A program made the position numbers and the translations under genes. 13,779 nucleotides of DNA from Candidatus Thorarchaeota archaeon (GTDB lineage Archaea; Asgardarchaeota; Thorarchaeia; Thorarchaeales; Thorarchaeaceae): positions 1 through 13,779 of the forward strand of contig PRDH01000052.1 in assembly GCA_003345545.1 (NCBI GenBank), given 5' to 3'. This document shows, piece by piece, positions 8,762 through 13,779 of the stretch. The notes under the pieces are model-generated. The model saw only the letters and a program-made list of their open reading frames with translations. It searched no databases and had not been told where the DNA came from. Each line of letters begins with the position of its first letter. Within the stretch, counting starts at the first letter, position 1.

Positions 8762-8893
8762 AGCGCATAGCCAGTTTCAAAAACCACCCCATCTGACTTT
8801 CTCGTATTACGTTGCTTAATCCTAAATGCCGCCTTTTGCTTGCTGGCAGAGATATGTGCTCCCCACTTAATGTGATTGAGATGTTGGAGTTAT

Positions 8894-8963
8894 ATTACAT
8901 CAGAATTGTACTAGCATTTTAGGATGTAATCACGTGCTCTTGAACATGATTCAAAATATATAG
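8894..8963 (+). promoter_or_regulatory. Inverted repeats plus TATA-like box upstream of the DHFR-family gene
   Basis: ATTACATC-N21-GATGTAAT (8894-8930), TTGAA-catga-TTCAA (8940-8954), then AAAATATATAG (8953-8963). SD GAGGAGG at 9002-9008. Confidence 0.4.
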
Positions 8964-9014
8964 GGAGGAAGACGCAGTGTCAACCATATATTCAAACGGC
9001 AGAGGAGGAAGTGT

Positions 9015-9569
9015 ATGCGAAAACTGATTTTTTCGATGAACATCTCGCTTGACGGCTATGCCGATCACACAGTGGCAATCGCCGATGATGAATTGCATGA
9101 GTTTGCCAGTGATCTGCTAGATTCCGTAGACATCATTTTGTTCGGGCGCGTGACTTATCAGCTCATGGAGAGCTACTGGCCCAAAGCTCGCAAGGATCCA
9201 GGAGCCACAAAGAGCATGATTGAATTTGCCGACAAGATTAACGCCAAGCCCAAGATTGTGTTCTCGCGAACTCTTCAGAAAGCCGAGTGGAACAATACGA
9301 GGTTAGTGAAAGATAATATTGTTGAAGAAGTTGTAAAGTTGAAACGGCAGCGCGGCAAGAATCTGTCGATAGGCGGGATAGGTATGTGCCAAGAGTTTAT
9401 GAAACTCGGTCTGATTGATGAATACTGGCTCTTGGTTCAACCGGTTATCATCGGCAAGGGTAGACGCCTGTTTGAGAGTCTGCGGAATAGAATCAGTCTT
9501 AAACTGGTCGACACAAAGACGTTTAACTCAGGTGTGGTCGTGCTTCATTATCGGGCTGACAAAGAATAA
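9015..9569 (+). CDS. Dihydrofolate reductase-like / RibD C-terminal domain protein
   Basis: 184 aa. MRKLIFSMNISLDGY, LFGRVTYQLM..YWP, KIVFSRTL, LIDEY.L.VQPVIIGKGRRLF, FNSGVVVLHY. Strong SD upstream. Confidence 0.92.
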   Translation: MRKLIFSMNISLDGYADHTVAIADDELHEFASDLLDSVDIILFGRVTYQLMESYWPKARKDPGATKSMIEFADKINAKPKIVFSRTLQKAEWNNTRLVKDNIVEEVVKLKRQRGKNLSIGGIGMCQEFMKLGLIDEYWLLVQPVIIGKGRRLFESLRNRISLKLVDTKTFNSGVVVLHYRADKE

Positions 9570-9748
9570 CACGGAAAGCAGTCTGAGTCATCAGAAGGTC
9601 TTTTCCATGCATATTATCGGGTCGATAGGGCAAAAAGAGAATTCGTTACATCTCGCTCACGGATTAAGGCATATCCATTGCCCCGATTCCGACATCACGC
9701 AAGAGTCTGACTGTCCAAGGCTTACTGTTTCTGGCTGAAACAACACAG

Positions 9749-10234
9749 CTATCGCATTAGAATGAGCGAGTAGAGAGCCCTCTCAAAGAGGCTCATCTGC
9801 ATCTCGACAGAATATGTGTAGACTATACGGACCACAAACGGACCTTCTGCATTGATCTCTATCACAGTCGTTGCGTGTTCTGCGTTGTAGTTGTATCCTG
9901 CACTCATCGCCTGAATTGATGCAACCAGAACGCTCTCAGTAGACATCCAGGTACCATTCTGGTACAGGAATCGAATCTCTGCAGTCCTATTGCAGAATAC
10001 ACTGACCCAAGTCACCTTTGGCCCACCAAATCCGACTTCAACATGGTCCTGGTCGTCAGAAATATAATATGCAGTCCTAGTTGCATCGACTACCTGAGTG
10101 AAAGGGATGGAACAGAATACAGCTACGATGAGAATGCCAACGACCAAGTAGAACTCCGGTGCAAGACGGGTCAGATTGGTCCGCCTCCTTGATTGCACTT
10201 TCATCATCTCGTCACGTAATGCTCTATTATACAT
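9749..10234 (-). CDS. Hypothetical membrane-anchored protein (one N-terminal TM helix, beta-rich domain)
   Basis: Basic N-terminus, TM segment FYLVVGILIVAVFCSIPF, then alternating beta-strand pattern. The real start may be ATG 10207/10204, since a BRE/TATA-like AAAGACTAAATA lies at about 10246-10257 on the minus strand. Confidence 0.7.
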   Translation of the reverse strand: MYNRALRDEMMKVQSRRRTNLTRLAPEFYLVVGILIVAVFCSIPFTQVVDATRTAYYISDDQDHVEVGFGGPKVTWVSVFCNRTAEIRFLYQNGTWMSTESVLVASIQAMSAGYNYNAEHATTVIEINAEGPFVVRIVYTYSVEMQMSLFERALYSLILMR

Positions 10235-10325
10235 CGCATTTTACGTATTTAGTCTTTGAGAATTGTAATTTGTTGGTAGAAACTACTGAATCGTGGCTCT
10301 GGCCGACCACAGTGGATGGGTCTCT

Positions 10326-10365
10326 AACAAGAGCGAGAGTGGGGACAGGTCCCCACAATCTTGTT
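10326..10365 (-). terminator. Strong stem-loop immediately 3' of the ahcY fragment stop codon
   Basis: Plus strand reads AACAAGA-gcgaga-GTGGGGAC-ag-GTCCCCAC-aa-TCTTGTT: a perfect 8-bp inner and 7-bp outer inverted repeat. It abuts the minus-strand TAG at 10366-10368. The structure is certain, the terminator role is inferred. Confidence 0.6.
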
Positions 10366-10467
10366 CTACGTTCCTTCCTTGTAGGCTCTAGCGTAGACCT
10401 CCTGTTCAGGAGTCCACTTGTCAATCTTGGTGCCCAAGGTTCCAAACGTTACAGCAGCCACTTCTCT
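10366..10467 (-). pseudogene. ahcY: Orphan C-terminal fragment (33 codons) of adenosylhomocysteinase
   Basis: REVAAVTFGTLGTKIDKWTPEQEVYARAYKEGT* matches the archaeal-type AhcY C-terminal pattern (E-V-A-x2-K-L-x3-G-x2-I-D-x-L/W-T-x-E-Q-x2-Y-x6-G-T*). Upstream in-frame residues show no AhcY resemblance and there is no room for a ~420-aa gene. Recognised from memory of the family, not by search. Confidence 0.75.
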
Positions 10468-10628
10468 GCAAAACCCATTGGATTTAGGTTTCTGTTTTGA
10501 TCGGGGCAGGTAAATGGCTTCATCGTCATGAAGAGGCGTGAATGAAAAGAATGAGGGACTCGCCATTGGAAAGATAGATAGGGCAGTTGGATGCAGGTAT
10601 CTCAGAGGTTAGTTGGAGGAAACGAGTA

Positions 10629-11558
10629 ATGAGCCAGATACCATACAGTGGAGAGAAGACTGCCAAGATTGGGCCTGTTGAGGTCGCCTATGACACGTTC
10701 GGAAATCCAATATCCCCGCCTATGCTTCTGATCATGGGACTAGGTGCGCAAATGATCCGGTGGGATGAGGCGTTCTGCAAGGCGCTTGCCGCACAGGGTC
10801 ACTGGGTCATCCGCTTCGATAATCGTGACGTGGGGCTATCAACGAAGTTTGATCAAGCAGGCATTCCTGATATCATGTCGCTAATACAGGGAGAGAAGGT
10901 CGATGTGCCCTACAAATTGAAAGACATGGCCGCTGATGCAGTGGGCCTGCTAGACGTGCTTGGAATCAAATCGGCCGATGTTGTAGGTGTTTCAATGGGG
11001 GGAATGATTGCTCAGACTATGGCTATTCATTATCCTAAACGAGTGAGAACATTGACATCAATCATGTCTTCGACGGGCAACCCTAGTCTTCCACAGACAC
11101 GCCCGGAGGCGATGGAGGTTCTGTTTGCACCCGCTGCTACAAATCGGAAGGACTACATCACCAGTGAGCTGGAAGCCGCGAAGGTACTTCATGGACCAAA
11201 ATACCCCTTGAATGAAGAGTATGTCCGCAACTACTCAGAACGATCCTATGACAGATGCTATCATCCACAGGGATTTCCAAGGCAATTGGCAGCCATTCTT
11301 GGTTCTGGGAGCCGAAGTGAAGCTTTAGCTAAAGTGAAGATTCCAACCCTTGTGATTCACGGGAGCGCGGATCCGTTGGTGCCTGTTGAAGGTGGAAAGG
11401 ACACGGCCAAGAGCATACCCGGTGCTAAGCTGCTCATCATCGAGGGAATGGGACACAGTTTTCCAGTGGAGGTTGTACCACAGATACTTCGAGCGATTTT
11501 GCAGCACACCGCTCCGCAGAAAACTAAAAACAGTCGGACTAAGGATAACGAACGGTAG
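10629..11558 (+). CDS. Alpha/beta-fold hydrolase (esterase/lipase-like)
   Basis: LLIMGLGAQM oxyanion region, RFDNRDVGLS, nucleophile elbow GVSMGG, HGSADPLVP (Asp) and GMGH (His). ATG 10629 with GGAGG at 10615-10619 is preferred over TTG 10587. Confidence 0.93.
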   Translation: MSQIPYSGEKTAKIGPVEVAYDTFGNPISPPMLLIMGLGAQMIRWDEAFCKALAAQGHWVIRFDNRDVGLSTKFDQAGIPDIMSLIQGEKVDVPYKLKDMAADAVGLLDVLGIKSADVVGVSMGGMIAQTMAIHYPKRVRTLTSIMSSTGNPSLPQTRPEAMEVLFAPAATNRKDYITSELEAAKVLHGPKYPLNEEYVRNYSERSYDRCYHPQGFPRQLAAILGSGSRSEALAKVKIPTLVIHGSADPLVPVEGGKDTAKSIPGAKLLIIEGMGHSFPVEVVPQILRAILQHTAPQKTKNSRTKDNER

Positions 11559-11861
11559 GTGGCCTTTTAGTTGATCACACGCCTGCCTGATGTGCTCAGA
11601 GAATCCTGTTTCATAGAGCAAATATGAGGAGTGAGAGTCAAATACCATGGAATGAGAGTAAGCGCATCATTGCAGTATGGTACCTTGATACAGTCAGAAG
11701 TCCAACATGCGAATTAGATTCCTGTTTTCCAGCGTGAATAAACGCGAATTGCCTGTATGAATGATGCATACATTCTCTTTCTCCATGCGCGTGTTCGATA
11801 ACGGATTTCTAACACTTTGACAAAAGATTAGGTCTAACGACTACGTTGTAATCATTGTGAC

Positions 11862-12086
11862 GTGACGATGTCTGGTGATGGTAAATCAGGTAGCAGATCT
11901 CTTGTTCCAAAGATACTCCTCTCTCTCATGCCCACTCTTGTGCCAATCTCGATAGCTGCCCGGATTCCGGCCTTTGCCTCTCTCCTCGATGCCCAGAGGG
12001 CTCCCGAAGATAACGTTCCCTGGAACAGGGTCTTCGTGAAGATCCAATCAGAGATCGGTGAACAGGGGTCTGAACTTGCCGCGTGA
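11862..12086 (+). CDS. Small hypothetical protein with a hydrophobic segment
   Basis: 74 aa (GTG 11862 or ATG 11868). Hydrophobic stretch LVPKILLSLMPTLVPISIAARIPAFASLL. Its stop overlaps the probable TTG start of the next gene. Confidence 0.45.
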   Translation: MTMSGDGKSGSRSLVPKILLSLMPTLVPISIAARIPAFASLLDAQRAPEDNVPWNRVFVKIQSEIGEQGSELAA

Positions 12087-13779
12087 GTTCTCGGAGCATC
12101 GCGAGCGATGGAGGCCTCCTGAGCACAGGGAGAACGATGAAAACCCTGAGATGGAGAAGCACTCTGAGCGGATCAGAGAGCTCGTCGATGATGCAATCAG
12201 AGAGCTGAAGCATGAGGAGTCTATCGAGAGGATGCTGAAGGAGTCTATCGAGGAGCTTAGGGAAAAGGAGGCTCGGGCTGACAGGACTCGGGATCTTGTG
12301 CAGGAAGCGATGAAGGAGCTGCATGTTCTTGAGGAAGATCTGGGGCATAGGCTAGAAGATGCCCGAGAGGATAATCACGAGGAGTTCGTCAATGACATGA
12401 AGAGCCAGCTTGAGAGGCCCTCCCTCAAGGATGCCAAGGAGGAGCCTTCAGAGCCTGACCATGATGGAGAAACCTCGGAAACCACAGAGTCCAGCCAGAC
12501 GTATATCGAAGGTGGTGATGGGACTGTCTACGTGGTCGAAACCGGTGGTACGTCTGAGGGTCGCGCAAGGTCCGAGAACGAAGAAGTAGGAGAGGTGCAT
12601 CAAGAACATACACAGAATCCTGAGGACACAATGGAAGAGGAGGAACCGCATGAGTCCGTAAAGGTCAGGAACTGCATTAGCCATCCTGAGCATACAGAAA
12701 CGGATGAGTCGGAAGAAACCGTGGTTCCTTCTGAGTCCACAAGGAGTCAAGAAAAGACAGGGAACGGGGAAGAGGTCTGCCTAGAAGACTGCAGAGAAGA
12801 GGAGTCCAAAGGGGAATTCCAAGAGAAGAGGGTGCTTGTGCCTTCAGAGGTTGAAGCGACCATCTCACCTGCTGATGACGAAACAATCGAAGAGGTGACT
12901 CAACCTATTGAAGAGTCAGCTCGTGAGAATACGGAGGAGAATCATGAAGAGAGTGAGGCGACACTTGAGCAGGGTACGGATGAGGTAGAGGAAACTCCAG
13001 AGAACAATATAGAAGTCGAGCATGAAGAGTCTTGGGAGGCTGATGAACTTGAGGAGCATGATGAAGAGTCAATAGAGGTTCCTGAGGAGATCATCAGAAA
13101 GATTGCGGAGCTTCTGGAGGAACTTGGCGAGCTCGAAGAGGAGGAGGTCGATGAGTCCCGGGTCATCATCGATGCCATAACAGGAGAGCGATACGTCGAC
13201 CACTCTCTGGAGCCTCGTCCGTACTTCTCTGAGACCGAGGAGGATCGTGAGCGCGAGGAAGAGGAACGCATCCGTGAGAGACTCAGAGAGCTGTTTGCGA
13301 GGCTCACTGAGGAGGAGCGTGAGGAGTTCAAGGAGTCAGTGAGGCCTGAGATTGAGTCTGAGAAAGAACTTGAGGAACTGGCTAGACGATGGTGTTCAAG
13401 AGTCGTGAGCCCCGACTTCAAACAAAACCTGGAACATGCGCGTCAGTACATTCGAAATAAGAAACGCGGAGAGGTCCCGCGGCTCATTCGTGAGTTACGT
13501 GCGCTGGAAGTAGAGCAGCAGTGGATGAAGGCTGTGGGCGCCGTTGCCCGTAAGAAGATGCTGAAACAACTAACGACCATGATGCACCACTCAAGAGAGG
13601 CTGACAGTTCTCTCCTCGATTCCAAATCACGTGAGAAGAGTCTGCTCTCATTGCAGAAGTTCATTCCACCGACCTTCGAGAACTTCAAACACGCTCTCAA
13701 AGAGCGGCCTGAGCTCAAGACGAGGAAGGACTACAGGAAGGGATTGCGACTGGCTGAGGTCTACTACAAGGTCAAGGAC
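12076..13779 (+). CDS. Large Glu-rich hypothetical protein, 3'-truncated by the window (>=568 aa)
   Basis: Hand translation of frame +1 shows no stop from 12040 to the window end. Candidate starts are GTG 12058, TTG 12076 (MPREFSEHRERWRPPEH...) and ATG 12151. It is absent from the ORF track because the stop lies outside the window. The Ser/Leu-rich antisense ORFs are its shadow. Confidence 0.9.
   Translation, partial: MPREFSEHRERWRPPEHRENDENPEMEKHSERIRELVDDAIRELKHEESIERMLKESIEELREKEARADRTRDLVQEAMKELHVLEEDLGHRLEDAREDNHEEFVNDMKSQLERPSLKDAKEEPSEPDHDGETSETTESSQTYIEGGDGTVYVVETGGTSEGRARSENEEVGEVHQEHTQNPEDTMEEEEPHESVKVRNCISHPEHTETDESEETVVPSESTRSQEKTGNGEEVCLEDCREEESKGEFQEKRVLVPSEVEATISPADDETIEEVTQPIEESARENTEENHEESEATLEQGTDEVEETPENNIEVEHEESWEADELEEHDEESIEVPEEIIRKIAELLEELGELEEEEVDESRVIIDAITGERYVDHSLEPRPYFSETEEDREREEEERIRERLRELFARLTEEEREEFKESVRPEIESEKELEELARRWCSRVVSPDFKQNLEHARQYIRNKKRGEVPRLIRELRALEVEQQWMKAVGAVARKKMLKQLTTMMHHSREADSSLLDSKSREKSLLSLQKFIPPTFENFKHALKERPELKTRKDYRKGLRLAEVYYKVKD
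12215..12252 (+). repeat. Short in-frame direct repeat
   Basis: AGGAGTCTATCGAG occurs at 12215-12228 and 12239-12252 (24-nt period), encoding ESIE twice. Confidence 0.6.

Noticed and set aside
10280-10370. tRNA or CRISPR repeat suggested by the GC-rich hairpin
   Set aside because: No cloverleaf or T-loop GTTC(G/A)A consensus, and the palindrome occurs only once in the window with no spacer array.
7111-10400. 11-bp match AGCGTAGACCT at 7111-7121 and 10390-10400
   Set aside because: Many 11-mer matches are expected by chance in 13.8 kb and the flanks do not extend.
8145-10500. ORFs 8145-8366 (-), 9415-9738 (+), 10159-10500 (+) and 10227-10445 (-)
   Set aside because: They overlap better-supported features (msrA, DHFR-like gene, membrane gene, ahcY fragment and hairpin) and lack motifs.
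11559-11861. ~300-nt intergenic gap with a 37-codon ORF (from 11624) and a TGTATG-N7-CATACA inverted repeat (11754-11772)
   Set aside because: Too short and weak to distinguish from chance, and no recognisable RNA or protein family.
12084-12086. TGA readthrough joining the 74-aa ORF to the giant ORF
   Set aside because: The giant ORF is in a different frame (+1 versus +3), so readthrough would not join them.
11926-13718. Minus-strand ORFs 11926-12348, 12425-12631, 12448-12750, 12677-12886, 12942-13421 (poly-Ser) and 13443-13718
   Set aside because: They are antisense shadows of the GAG/GAA-rich plus-strand gene, whose Glu codons read as Ser/Leu/Phe on the other strand.

Overview
Archaeal-looking 13.8 kb window. 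TTG/GTG starts, GGAGG/GGTGA ribosome-binding motifs and gene content suggest an Asgard/Thorarchaeia-like organism, but this is inference only. The left part is metabolic: a calcineurin-like phosphoesterase (-), a divergent FAD-linked GlcD/D-lactate dehydrogenase-family oxidoreductase (+), and a complete, tightly coupled beta-gamma-delta-alpha group 3b [NiFe]-hydrogenase (sulfhydrogenase) operon (-) flanked by two small Cys-containing ORFs. The hydrogenase has two non-canonical Fe-S ligand positions: CxxD in delta and Cys->Ser in beta. The middle holds a membrane metal-dependent hydrolase, msrA, a DHFR/RibD-C protein and a single-TM protein. At 10326-10467 sits an orphan, apparently decaying 3' end of an S-adenosylhomocysteine hydrolase (ahcY) gene with a strong hairpin right after its stop, which may be the scar or boundary of an element that integrated into ahcY. 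To its right are an alpha/beta hydrolase, a small hydrophobic ORF and a >=568-aa ORF missing from the supplied track. That ORF is extremely Glu-rich, switches to a basic repeated module, and runs off the window end. No tRNA, rRNA, CRISPR array, integrase or transposase was recognised.
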